From: a virus
Length of the DNA stretch: 50,821 nt
Direction: 5' to 3' (one strand)
Virus record (IMG/VR): IMGVR_UViG_3300014911_000395
Shown here: positions 9,330-18,406 of the stretch, piece by piece
Layout of the letters: each line of letters starts with the position of its first letter
How positions within the stretch are numbered: the first letter of the stretch is position 1
Notes under the pieces: model-generated
Databases searched by the model: none
Told to the model about the DNA's origin: nothing
Seen by the model: the letters and a program-made list of their open reading frames with translations, nothing else
Program-made: the position numbers and the translations under genes

Positions 9330-9555
9330 CTATCATCCTAAATTTTCCAATTATAAAAAAATTTGAATTTTTCAATTCTACAAGTATATATATTTGATAT
9401 GCTCTTTTTTCACCGCAAAAATTGAGACGTATAATCCAATTTATACGCTTGTTTTTTTGCGTATAACCATACAAGTATATATATTTGTAATAATTGATAA
9501 AAAATTTTATAAAAAATTTGAAAAAATTTTTATAGGGGGGGGTGTAATATTAGGT

Positions 9556-10008
9556 ATGGGGTTGGTTGCGGAGATGGTGAAGGAGGAGATGGTTAAACGT
9601 AAAGAGTTCAGCCCATACACCATATACAAGGAAATAAAGAACAAACTCGGCTCTAAACGGATGAGTTACGCCTCTTTCTATTTCCACTATATCTACATAC
9701 CAAGGAAGCTTGGATTAATCACATATTCAAGGAAACCAAAAAAGCCATTTCAAAGGGCATACTATAAGGTCGTGAAATCCATGCTTGATAGCCCTATGTG
9801 GAGTAATCCACAAAAGTACTACAACCCATTGACGTTTCTTGGCAGGTCTCGTTATGCAGAGATTAAGTCAATTGCACGGTCAAAGAAAAAGTCGATAGTA
9901 GACGTGCTATTTGAGGAGTTTCCAGAGCTTGTTGAAGAGGTCGCAGAAGTTAGGGGTTTAACGGTGGAAGAGCTAAGGAAAAAAATGAAGAAAAAAGAGT
10001 TCGCTTAG
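9556..10008 (+). CDS. Basic winged-helix-like DNA-binding protein
   Basis: FSPYTIYKEIK...MSYASFYFHYIYIPRKLGLI followed by a wing-like segment; start moved to ATG 9556. Confidence 0.6.
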   Translation: MGLVAEMVKEEMVKRKEFSPYTIYKEIKNKLGSKRMSYASFYFHYIYIPRKLGLITYSRKPKKPFQRAYYKVVKSMLDSPMWSNPQKYYNPLTFLGRSRYAEIKSIARSKKKSIVDVLFEEFPELVEEVAEVRGLTVEELRKKMKKKEFA

Positions 10009-10475
10009 TATCCTTTTTTGTAGAAATAGATAGCCATCTCATCAATCATCTCTGAAAGTACACCTGCATAGTGGTAGATGATTTCATCAATTGTTTTCTT
10101 TCTGACCTCCTCTGGAGCTTCAAAGGGTAAAGTTTCAAATCCGCCTCTTCTAAGCTCTATATCGTATTTAATTTCTGAGACACTCTTACCTTGCGAGAAT
10201 AAGTGTAGAACATCATCCACATAGCGTACAAACGTGTCAAGGTGATTTTTAGCAACACTGTCTTGGGTGAACACGCTATATCCACTTATGTCTATCCATT
10301 TTTTGTGTATTTCGTTGAAGTACGGTTCTACGTTTCCCTTTTTCACACCGACAAATGCACCTCTAACGAAGATTGCTATTATTTCGTGCATCCTTTTTAG
10401 TATTGTTTTTGTTGGCTCTCTAATCTCTCCAACATGCCTTTCCAATTCCGTCAAAAATCTAAAATATCCAGCCAC
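10005..10475 (-). CDS. Hypothetical protein
   Basis: 156-aa ORF with GGGGGTGG RBS, convergent with 9556..10008. Confidence 0.65.
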   Translation of the reverse strand: MAGYFRFLTELERHVGEIREPTKTILKRMHEIIAIFVRGAFVGVKKGNVEPYFNEIHKKWIDISGYSVFTQDSVAKNHLDTFVRYVDDVLHLFSQGKSVSEIKYDIELRRGGFETLPFEAPEEVRKKTIDEIIYHYAGVLSEMIDEMAIYFYKKGY

Positions 10476-10664
10476 AACACCACCCCCTAAACTTTCACCA
10501 TTTACTATTTTCTACGCAGAACTTATTTATATTTTTATCTAACAATGGTTCAACCTACTTTTATGAACCGTCTTGTAAAATTCGTCTAACACGCTCTGAG
10601 AAACAAACCCATATTAGGATACCAGTTACCTCGAAAAAATTGAAAATAGATAGCTTATGCAACC

Positions 10665-10835
10665 TTAAAGCAACTTCTCAATTGCACCTATTGCCTTTTT
10701 GACACTTCTCGGAACACCAATTTTTCTTGTCAGTACACTTGACTTCTTTGTTACGAGCGTAACTCTGCTCTTTTTATCATCAATATATTCTCCTACTTGC
10801 GTTCCGTCCTCAAACTCATAAACGAAGTAACTCAT
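10665..10835 (-). CDS. Small hypothetical protein (not in ORF track)
   Basis: MSYFVYEFEDGTQVGEYIDDKK...KLL, 56 aa, GGAGGCGG RBS, overlaps the end of the GHKL gene. Confidence 0.45.
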   Translation of the reverse strand: MSYFVYEFEDGTQVGEYIDDKKSRVTLVTKKSSVLTRKIGVPRSVKKAIGAIEKLL

Positions 10836-12777
10836 ATCTATCCGCCTCCATGTTGTAGTAAAACACCCTACCTATCTCTATTGCATTCAATATATATTTA
10901 ATTTGCTCCGTACCTAAAAACGACCTGAAGTGGTCGTTGAACTCTCTTTTAGCCTCATCAAGACTGTATCCTCCACCCTTAAACGTACTGTAAAAACTGA
11001 GCAGAAAATCAATATCTTCGTTTATCTTTTCCCTGTATTTCTCCTCAACTGGTACGCCACCAACACCTATATGTCCAAACAGCACAATTCTTTTTTCTAT
11101 GGCGTCTGCGGCAACGAATCTTGATGGAAGTTCATATAGCGAGTGTAACCTTGCTGGGTCGTAAGAATCGAGATAAAACTTCACATCTCCAAAGTATTCG
11201 GGTTTATCATGTGGCTGGGCAAATATCGCTCCGTAGCTTGCCCTCTTCATTGCGGCATGCCAAGTCTCGTAAAACATCATCGATAGAATTCCAGAGCCAA
11301 CGTACTCCAAAGCCCTCTCAAAGTTCTCTGACACGTCTGGAGCGTCCTCGTACAGTCTCTCACCGAGAGCATGAGCGAGTTCGTGTATGAACGTCTCCGT
11401 AGATGGAATAACACTCGACAGGTAAATCGTTCTGCCCGTATAGTAGCTTCTGTATCCACTGGCAATCTGAATTTTAACGTCTCTCGTCTCGACTATAAAT
11501 TCTTTTATAAGCTCATACATCCTCAATCTCGACCTTTTCGACTGGTCGAGCGTCCTTTTATCGATAACCCTTGCCCCCTTTACCATGTTGCCAATGCTGT
11601 CGAGTACGAACTCGCTCGCCTCCTTCAGTTCAACGAACAACCTCTTCATCCTTTCTGGTACGAGAATACACGTTCCCCCCTCATGATTTACCGCTGTAAC
11701 TCCATCGAGGTCACCGTGTACAGAGTAGGCGGAAACGTGGTACTTGGATTTCAGGTAATTCGCCAAACCCTCTTTTACGGTAACTGGCAAATCTGCGTAC
11801 GTGTAGGATATTAAAGTTTCAAAGTATTTCTCTTCAAGTACGTAGTAATTAATCCCTCCATAGGTTTTTCCGACTATGCATTCGTCAATCAAGTGTTTAA
11901 GTGCTTCGAGGTCTTTACAGAGCAATTCTGCGACCCTATCTTCGAATTCAAAGAAACTCTGTACCTGTACTCTATTCGGTTCAAGCTTTACCCACCACAA
12001 GTTGTAGCTGAACAGCGAGTTTTTCCCAGTCACTTCTTTAATCGTATTCACAAGGATGTCCCTGACATACAGATAACCCTTTGGCTTCATTATCGAATTT
12101 GGCATGTCGTAGTCGCACTGGCTTGAAGGGTAGTAGTGCGTGGACAACACGTTAAATCCAGCAGTTTTGAAGTATATCCTCTCGTGTTTTCTGGGTGGTC
12201 TATATCTGTAAATTAGTACCGCTGTACCTTCCCAGAACATCTCTGGCTTAGATTTGCCTATCAGGATTATCAAAGCCTTAGCACGCTTTGAATAGACGCA
12301 CTTGTAAACCGTGTCGAATGTGAATATGTACAGTGGATGTCCTTTACTTGAGAACCATAGTGCCGCTATCTTCAACCCTTCACCAAATGCACCCCTTGCA
12401 TAGCATGGCTTGTCCTCTCCACCAAGCATGAATGCCCTGTATGGTAGTCCGCTTCCGTGGTCTTTTACCCATGTACCGAGTTCGTCGGTTCTCACTATCA
12501 CGTTAATTCTATCGTACCCATATATCTCATGCTCTATGTCCAGAGCATTTTGTAGTATTTCTCTGAAAGCGAGCAGGTCGTTCCATCCCCTTCTCTTTGC
12601 GTAGCTTTCATCAATTGCCAGTGTCCAGATTAAATCGTAGTGGTCTATTAGTTTGGCAATGTCTCTGTTATCCGTTGTAATCTCTTTAACAAACTCTGGC
12701 GACTCTACCTCTACATAGTCTAAATAACGCATACCGAGTGCGGTAATATCTTCTTTAGATGGGTAAATGGTCTGCAT
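10816..12777 (-). CDS. GHKL (MORC/Hsp90-like) ATPase fused to an HExxH zincin-like domain
   Basis: N box REILQNALD, G1 KDHGSG, G2 GAFGEGLK; later FIHELAHALGE. Confidence 0.8.
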   Translation of the reverse strand: MQTIYPSKEDITALGMRYLDYVEVESPEFVKEITTDNRDIAKLIDHYDLIWTLAIDESYAKRRGWNDLLAFREILQNALDIEHEIYGYDRINVIVRTDELGTWVKDHGSGLPYRAFMLGGEDKPCYARGAFGEGLKIAALWFSSKGHPLYIFTFDTVYKCVYSKRAKALIILIGKSKPEMFWEGTAVLIYRYRPPRKHERIYFKTAGFNVLSTHYYPSSQCDYDMPNSIMKPKGYLYVRDILVNTIKEVTGKNSLFSYNLWWVKLEPNRVQVQSFFEFEDRVAELLCKDLEALKHLIDECIVGKTYGGINYYVLEEKYFETLISYTYADLPVTVKEGLANYLKSKYHVSAYSVHGDLDGVTAVNHEGGTCILVPERMKRLFVELKEASEFVLDSIGNMVKGARVIDKRTLDQSKRSRLRMYELIKEFIVETRDVKIQIASGYRSYYTGRTIYLSSVIPSTETFIHELAHALGERLYEDAPDVSENFERALEYVGSGILSMMFYETWHAAMKRASYGAIFAQPHDKPEYFGDVKFYLDSYDPARLHSLYELPSRFVAADAIEKRIVLFGHIGVGGVPVEEKYREKINEDIDFLLSFYSTFKGGGYSLDEAKREFNDHFRSFLGTEQIKYILNAIEIGRVFYYNMEADRYELLRL

Positions 12778-12808
12778 AAAATATATTGTAGCGGGAAATA
12801 TTTAGCTT

Positions 12809-13159
12809 TTACTCCTCCTTTTCAACTCCAAGTACTTCCTTCCATCTCCGCTCTCTGAACTCTCTGAATTCTTTGCATTTTCCTCGTATTTTGGTGTTTT
12901 TTCTATTGCACGTATCTTTTTCAGGGCAATTAACGTTACTGCAAAAGAGTATCAGGTCGCAACACAACTCGATAAATTTTCTGACTTCAGTTTCGTACTT
13001 AGTCATTAGCTCCTGTACCTTTTTGCATACAACACCGTCAACGCATGGCTCGTACACCTTGTTCCAGACTTGAACTTCTATCAGGACGTCGTGCAGCTGT
13101 TCAACGGTCTTGACGCTCTCAATTTTCTTAATCTCTTCCTCAGTAAACTCTTCTAACAT
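12809..13159 (-). CDS. Cys-rich hypothetical protein
   Basis: Start moved to ATG 13159 after GGAGGTGG; C-terminal C-x3-C-x5-C...C cluster. Confidence 0.55.
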   Translation of the reverse strand: MLEEFTEEEIKKIESVKTVEQLHDVLIEVQVWNKVYEPCVDGVVCKKVQELMTKYETEVRKFIELCCDLILFCSNVNCPEKDTCNRKNTKIRGKCKEFREFRERRWKEVLGVEKEE

Positions 13160-13773
13160 CAAACCACCTCCAATATATCCATAATTATCTTTATCTTTGC
13201 AGAAGTACCGCACTTCGCACATTCTAACCCAGCTTCAGAGCCTGAGAAGTATTCTCCAAAGCTGTATCCACAATTGCGACACCAAGCTCGTAGCGTTCCT
13301 GTACCTCTATATAAATCAGAGCTGTAATCATATACAACCACATCGAATTTCCTGTTAATCAACGTATTCAGCCTTGACAAAGTATCTCTCCAGTTTGTGA
13401 ATGTTATTGCTCTATCGTCGATGTAGAAGTCGGCGTACAGCTTGCTTGGATGTACGTCTGGTGGCTGATATGGGTTTTCATTAATGTAGTCGAATACGAT
13501 GTTGTTCTGGCGTAGATAGCGTGCCACCCCTCTAACATCTGCCCTGCAAGTGTAAACGATTACTTTGAAGCCCCATTTTCTCAACATTTTCATGGCTGTT
13601 TTAACACCCCTTATCGGCTCTCCGTAGTGGTCATGCCCTTTCCAACCACTGTACTTGGCAATAACTCCATCAAAATCAACAGCAATCGTTCTCGGAATGT
13701 TTGCATTCTCGAAGTTGCACTTATCATTCTCCCTCAAAAAATACGGACAGGCTTCCCTCAAGCACACCGTCAA
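13159..13773 (-). CDS. HAD-superfamily phosphatase with C-terminal zinc ribbon
   Basis: Motif I IAVDFDGVI, motif II VYTCR, motifs III/IV KLYADFYIDDRA; CRNC...CAKC. Confidence 0.85.
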   Translation of the reverse strand: MTVCLREACPYFLRENDKCNFENANIPRTIAVDFDGVIAKYSGWKGHDHYGEPIRGVKTAMKMLRKWGFKVIVYTCRADVRGVARYLRQNNIVFDYINENPYQPPDVHPSKLYADFYIDDRAITFTNWRDTLSRLNTLINRKFDVVVYDYSSDLYRGTGTLRAWCRNCGYSFGEYFSGSEAGLECAKCGTSAKIKIIMDILEVV

Positions 13774-13954
13774 TTTTCACCCCCTCCTTTTTGGCGAATT
13801 CAACAACCTTCTTTAGAGGAACTTTCACTTCGTTAATGAGGTAGTCGATACTCTCCTTACTGAGCTTTCCAGCGTGAACTCTCTTAAGGTGGTTTAACAA
13901 TTCTTCGCTGTTCTTAAACTTACGTTTATTCTTGCAGAAGTTGCAGTGAGGCAT
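13724..13954 (-). CDS. C2H2 zinc-finger protein
   Basis: HCNFC-x12-LLNHLKRVH; AGGAGG RBS. Confidence 0.75.
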   Translation of the reverse strand: MPHCNFCKNKRKFKNSEELLNHLKRVHAGKLSKESIDYLINEVKVPLKKVVEFAKKEGVKIDGVLEGSLSVFFEGE

Positions 13955-13967
13955 GCTCAATCCTCCT

Positions 13968-14300
13968 GTGAACTACCCCTCACGCAAGGGGCTTCCTGCT
14001 TCACAGAGAAGACTTGCCCCTCAATAACAGCATTAGCTGTTACGAGGAGTAGAGGTCTCCTCTCCACAGGCTCAGAGGGTCGTCCCGACCCCAAACCTCT
14101 ATTTTTTATCCTACAAGCTGAGATGTAGTCTCTATAGTCATCAAATGATAACCCTTCTGAAGTTCCCTTAGGGTTCACCTTCTCTACTCTCCTACCAGCT
14201 CTCGCAGCCTTGTAGGAGAGTAGCTGGATGAACTTGCCCCAAGAAGCATCAAGTATTCTTTGAGCTAAAGTTCCACCAACTCTGACCATATTCTTGATGT
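13968..14300 (-). pseudogene. tnpB: Remnant of IS605-family element C: 3' fragment of tnpB plus right end
   Basis: IKNMVR...ILDASWGKFIQLLSYKA...VEKVNPKGTS...RDYISA is a TnpB C-terminus without zinc finger; right end GAAG-CCCCTTGCGTGAGGGG-TAGTTCAC. Confidence 0.85.
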
Positions 14301-14311
14301 CTGACATCCTC

Positions 14312-15571
14312 TCACGCTAAAGCGTGTGAGGTTCCTGCTTCTAAGGGCTTCATCAACATCGGAGTCTCATCAGCTTTTACCTCAACTCCTTCCTCAACCC
14401 TTAGAAGCAAAGGGTGTGCCAGCACCCCGTTAAACCCGTCTCCACGGAGACGGGCTATATTCAACACACCTACAACATCTCTATGAGCTTCAATTCCGCA
14501 ATTTAAGCATTTGAACAACCTCTTACTTTTAACAACTTTTCTTGAATGACACCATGGGCATTCAGATGAAGAGTATGCTTCGTTTCTTGCTTTAACTTTT
14601 ATACCGAAGTTCTCTGCTGTTACCTTTAGTCTTTCCATGACGTAGTTGAAGCTCCAGAAGTTGTGTATCATTGCATTGACCTTACTTCCCTTATCGTTGT
14701 TATCCCTGATGTGCGTTACATCTCCAACAACGATTTCGCCAACTCCCTTAAGATGACACAACCTCACGAATCTAAACACAATTGTGTTTACGGCATTTCT
14801 GAACCTCAACTTTCTCTTGCGATACAGCCTTCTAAGTCGTTTTGAAGTGTTCTTACCGTTTATCGTCTTAAGTTTAGATTGGTGTTTGGCAATCTTTTCA
14901 GTCCAATACCACCAATCTGCCAAGAGTGGTTTACCGCTAAATGCCATTGCTTGTTTCTCTCCTTCAATCCAAGCTGTTATGATGTTTATTACTCCCAAAT
15001 CTACGAAAGCTTTTACGAGAGAGGTGGTACTTGGTTGATTAACTTCAACTGATTGATAAGCATACCACCTTCCCGTTAAATCGTCGTAGAATATTTCTAA
15101 CCTTCCCTGTTTTCCCTTCCACCTCATCTCACCAGTTATTCTAATCCTCAAACCTTTAGGCAAAATCAAAAACTTCTTTCCTCTCACCTCCTCAATTCTA
15201 TAACAGTCGTTTCTAATGACGGTCATTAATTTCCTTCTTCCAGTTTTTCTGTCTTTCCAGTAGCGGGGAGGAGAAATTCTATTGACATGTTTTGGTAGCT
15301 TCCTTTGTTTCTTTAACTTTAACAGTCTGAGGAAACTCCTCCAAGCCTCGTCATTCTTCCTTATAATTTGCTGAGTCGTTGCAGAACCGAGTATTTTCTT
15401 AAATTCGTTGTACTCTTCTTTGGTGTTCCAATCAATGTTACCTGAAAAGAAAGACTGTCTTCGCTTATAGTTCACTTTGTTCCATAACACCGCTGACATC
15501 TCACATAGGGTTAACAGAGCCTTCTCTTGCTTCTTAGTTGGTCTTAACCTTAGTTTGTTAGTTCTTTTCAT
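14312..15571 (-). CDS. tnpB: TnpB RNA-guided nuclease
   Basis: FVDLGV, IVVGDV/RNEAYSS, AHRDVVG; CPWC...CLNC; paralogue of 361..1551. Confidence 0.93.
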   Translation of the reverse strand: MKRTNKLRLRPTKKQEKALLTLCEMSAVLWNKVNYKRRQSFFSGNIDWNTKEEYNEFKKILGSATTQQIIRKNDEAWRSFLRLLKLKKQRKLPKHVNRISPPRYWKDRKTGRRKLMTVIRNDCYRIEEVRGKKFLILPKGLRIRITGEMRWKGKQGRLEIFYDDLTGRWYAYQSVEVNQPSTTSLVKAFVDLGVINIITAWIEGEKQAMAFSGKPLLADWWYWTEKIAKHQSKLKTINGKNTSKRLRRLYRKRKLRFRNAVNTIVFRFVRLCHLKGVGEIVVGDVTHIRDNNDKGSKVNAMIHNFWSFNYVMERLKVTAENFGIKVKARNEAYSSSECPWCHSRKVVKSKRLFKCLNCGIEAHRDVVGVLNIARLRGDGFNGVLAHPLLLRVEEGVEVKADETPMLMKPLEAGTSHALA

Positions 15572-15576
15572 GGCTT

Positions 15577-15720
15577 TTACCTGTTTATTCTCTTTTCCTC
15601 TTTTCTATCTTTACCCATTTCCTCATCTATTTTTGCTTGAACGAACCTTGATAAGTTGATGTGCTTCTTTTTTATCCACTCTTCTTGGTCTTCCCTAATC
15701 GTTATAGTTTTCTTTATCAT
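15577..15720 (-). CDS. Ribbon-helix-helix protein (not in ORF track)
   Basis: MIKKTITIREDQEEWIKKKHINLSRFVQAKIDEEM..., 47 aa, occupies the tnpA position. Confidence 0.7.
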   Translation of the reverse strand: MIKKTITIREDQEEWIKKKHINLSRFVQAKIDEEMGKDRKEEKRINR

Positions 15721-15767
15721 ACACATTATACTCAAGTTACAGATATATAAACCTAACGCAATTCATC

Positions 15768-16001
15768 TCAACCCTGAAGGGTTTGAGCTTTCTTGCTTAT
15801 CTCTTGTAAACCCTTCTTAGCCATCAGCTCGACCAGCCAAGGTTCGATATAGGTTACTCTGAACCTCTCCGCCCGCTCAAATGTAGCGTCTCTGAGAACT
15901 CCGTTAAGCTCAGCCAGACATTGCTCAAAGTCGGGATATTCGTTAGTTTCAATCCTTATATTCTCGTAATTACCCAAATTAATCGTTATAGCGACCTTCA
16001 T
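15768..16001 (-). CDS. Hypothetical protein whose 3' end is interrupted by element B
   Basis: ATG 16001 after GGAGGTGG; last 12 codons derive from the IS left end. Confidence 0.5.
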   Translation of the reverse strand: MKVAITINLGNYENIRIETNEYPDFEQCLAELNGVLRDATFERAERFRVTYIEPWLVELMAKKGLQEISKKAQTLQG

Positions 16002-16320
16002 CAGTTTCCACCTCCAATTCGTTTTTATAAAATTTTTCAATAACTTCAGCAATATAATCAACACACGAACTCGCACCGCCAAGTGTTGGAGACTCGCAAC
16101 GAATGTACCTCAGGCTCTTTATTACCTCGTCAACGCTACTGCCATTGGCAAGCACAACGTTGATTACCTCCTGTAAAGCTTCGAGTATGGCTCTATGGCA
16201 CTGTCCAGATTTACCCATCTGGATGATAATCCTGTCTGGATTTCCTCTGAGAATGCTTATGTAGATGTTTCTTCCACATCCGAGCGTTTCCTTAATCGTT
16301 TTGCTCTTCCAGACTCTCAA
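15979..16320 (-). CDS. Stand-alone TSCPD / NrdJb-like domain (class II ribonucleotide reductase C-terminal metal-binding module)
   Basis: GCG..IYI...GKSGQC...L.G.S...VIKSLRYIRC...SSCVDYIA pattern. Confidence 0.75.
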   Translation of the reverse strand: MRVWKSKTIKETLGCGRNIYISILRGNPDRIIIQMGKSGQCHRAILEALQEVINVVLANGSSVDEVIKSLRYIRCESPTLGGASSCVDYIAEVIEKFYKNELEVETDEGRYND

Positions 16321-16498
16321 ACCCTTCGACCTCCATTACAGTCATGTATATTACCGCAACCGTCCAGCTAATAAATAGTCCGAGAACTATCAACGCATCG
16401 AGCAGGTGTCCCCTGACGTACAGGCTAACGATCTCAAGTGCGTATGCGAGTATAGTGAGATGGTACAGTATTGTTACGTGTGTGTGCATCAGCTCCAT
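16292..16498 (-). CDS. Small membrane protein
   Basis: Two hydrophobic stretches in 68 aa. Confidence 0.5.
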   Translation of the reverse strand: MELMHTHVTILYHLTILAYALEIVSLYVRGHLLDALIVLGLFISWTVAVIYMTVMEVEGFESLEEQND

Positions 16499-16763
16499 CC
16501 TCCTCCACCTTTTTCTTTATCATCCTTATCAGGATCTCTTTGATGTATTTTTGAGTTACTAAGAAATAACCAATGACTTCGTTGCAGAGTCCATCGACTA
16601 TTCCCTGAACTTCAAGCAGGGACATTGTAGTGTCTGGATTGTCTTCTGCAATCGCCTCAAGGATTTCAAGACTCGTGTTCATGATTTCAATTTGCAGATT
16701 TGTTATTGCCGCCACGATATTCTCGCTAAGCTCGAAATCAATCCTGCATGATTGCGTAGGCAT
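16434..16763 (-). CDS. Hypothetical protein
   Basis: 109-aa ORF, GGAGG RBS, coupled to upstream gene. Confidence 0.55.
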   Translation of the reverse strand: MPTQSCRIDFELSENIVAAITNLQIEIMNTSLEILEAIAEDNPDTTMSLLEVQGIVDGLCNEVIGYFLVTQKYIKEILIRMIKKKVEEDGADAHTRNNTVPSHYTRIRT

Positions 16764-17107
16764 TATTCTCCCTCCAATTCTGATAACATCTCCACAAGAT
16801 AGCTCTTTACCTCGTGGAAGATCGTTGTGAGCCTGTTTATCTTACCAACCGATGGTGCAGTCATAACCACGTCGATTGTTGACGTGACACTTATATCTCT
16901 AACGTTAACCTTTGGCTTGTACCTTATCCTCGTCGATAAGGAGTCCTGTTGCTGGCTGACTTCAATCACTATCGTGTCTTTGTGGTGATTTGGTCTTTCA
17001 AGTATCGCAAAACCACCGTCCGTCGTGTAGTTTGCATAGCTGACGCTCCAGCCGTCTTTAATCAGGTTTTCTATTAACTTGTTAAATCCCTTAGCCATGC
17101 TATCCAC
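16763..17107 (-). CDS. Hypothetical protein
   Basis: 114-aa ORF in operon. Confidence 0.6.
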   Translation of the reverse strand: MDSMAKGFNKLIENLIKDGWSVSYANYTTDGGFAILERPNHHKDTIVIEVSQQQDSLSTRIRYKPKVNVRDISVTSTIDVVMTAPSVGKINRLTTIFHEVKSYLVEMLSELEGE

Positions 17108-17450
17108 CTACAACTCCATCACTTTTTGGCACAAACTTATCCACAAACAAACCAATCAGCTCTTCAGCGAGGATATCCTCAACGCACCACTCGGTAGCCA
17201 AGTCCTTGGCAAGGTCGGCGTCAACAGCACCTCTACCGTCGGGTAGTATTTCAACAAAGTTGAACAGCTCTATTATCCATCCAGCAATCCTTTTCGCCTT
17301 CTCCACGTCGAACTTAGCTTTTACCATCGCCATTCTAACGAAACTCGGTTCGTGTACGACCAAATCGTCCCATAACTCATCTATATCTTCTTTAATTACC
17401 AAATCGTTTTCATATCTAATATACACCCTTCTTCCTTCATCAACCATCAC
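17100..17450 (-). CDS. Hypothetical protein
   Basis: 116-aa ORF, AGGAGGTG RBS at the end of the non-coding array region. Confidence 0.6.
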   Translation of the reverse strand: MMVDEGRRVYIRYENDLVIKEDIDELWDDLVVHEPSFVRMAMVKAKFDVEKAKRIAGWIIELFNFVEILPDGRGAVDADLAKDLATEWCVEDILAEELIGLFVDKFVPKSDGVVGG

Positions 17451-17799
17451 AACACCTCCTATATGCTGATTGAACTTAGGTTGTTATGCTGCATGTTCTA
17501 ATCTAAAAGGAGATGGCATGGAAGCTTGCTATACAGGGATTGCTATGTACGGAAAGGTATGTCTGAAGTATTCTGCACTGAAAATGCGGGGATGAATTTA
17601 CGCTAAATTATGCGGCGGAAGTGGTCGGATTTATTCCAGAGCCGCCATTCAATACAATGTGAACTGTATTGGTCAGATATAAGGTGTATTAACTGGCGGG
17701 TTTGATTTGGCAGTATAGACCATAACTTGCCAGCTTGAGTTGTTATGGAAGAATTTGGTTCTAAGAGGTCTGACGGAAAGGCTCTATGCCGAATCTGGG

Positions 17800-17907
17800 G
17801 GTTGTACGTTGAGCTGTGGTATTGAATGAGGTCAGATGGAATAGTTCTGGTTTGTAGTGTATTACGTGCCTAATTTGGGAGGTTGTACGTTGAGCTGTGG
17901 TATTGAA
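17800..17907. repeat. 27-bp exact direct repeat, period 81 bp
   Basis: GGTTGTACGTTGAGCTGTGGTATTGAA at 17800-17826 and 17881-17907. Confidence 0.95.
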
Positions 17908-18141
17908 GTACCAGAGCAGACATTAGTCGACGGATTTGCATTAAAATGAAATAGTTGGCTTAATGGATTTGACTTGAGTTATATTGAATGCCTGAAAGAG
18001 TAGGTTTTGATCTGTATGCTGGAACTATTCTGAAATCATCTGGAAGGTGTGAGCGTAGAAGGATATAACCTCCTTGCTTGGTCTGCTCTATTCCTGTTTT
18101 GCTCTGTTTGAAATCTGTATTGTACTGACTGTCTGTTTTAT

Positions 18142-18406
18142 CTTCCCGTTGCTTGCAAGACCCCTTCCGCAAGGGAGGGGATACGCAAGGGGAGGCGGGT
18201 GGGTAAGGTTTAAATACTCTGAGGATACAAGATATAACGACCTCGTAACAGCCGTAAGGCTGGACAGCCCGTAAGGGCTGGTGAAGTAGTCCGTGAGTCC
18301 GAATGGATAACGGATAGTGGCTGTGTGAACCAGCCTGTGGGGATAAGGCAAGCAACGACCTGCAAACTCCCCACGAAGCTCCTTCCGTAAGGTAGGTGTA
18401 GTTCAC
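18142..18406 (+). mobile_element. 265-bp non-autonomous IS605-type miniature element related to element D
   Basis: Left hairpin CCCCTTCC-GCAA-GGGAGGGG and downstream promoter match 22081-22139; right end GAAG...GTAGTTCAC matches 23829-23859; follows TTAT; no ORF. Confidence 0.88.

Larger units (their letters stand above)
14301..15805 (-). mobile_element. IS605-family element B (non-autonomous: RHH + tnpB), same ends as element A
   Basis: About 50 bp at the left end and 40 bp at the right end identical to element A; target TTAC at 15806-15809. Confidence 0.9.

Noticed and set aside
17960-18406. ORFs 17960..18406, 18074..18274, 18088..18351
   Set aside because: They span the miniature IS and array; hairpin-derived, non-protein-like sequence.
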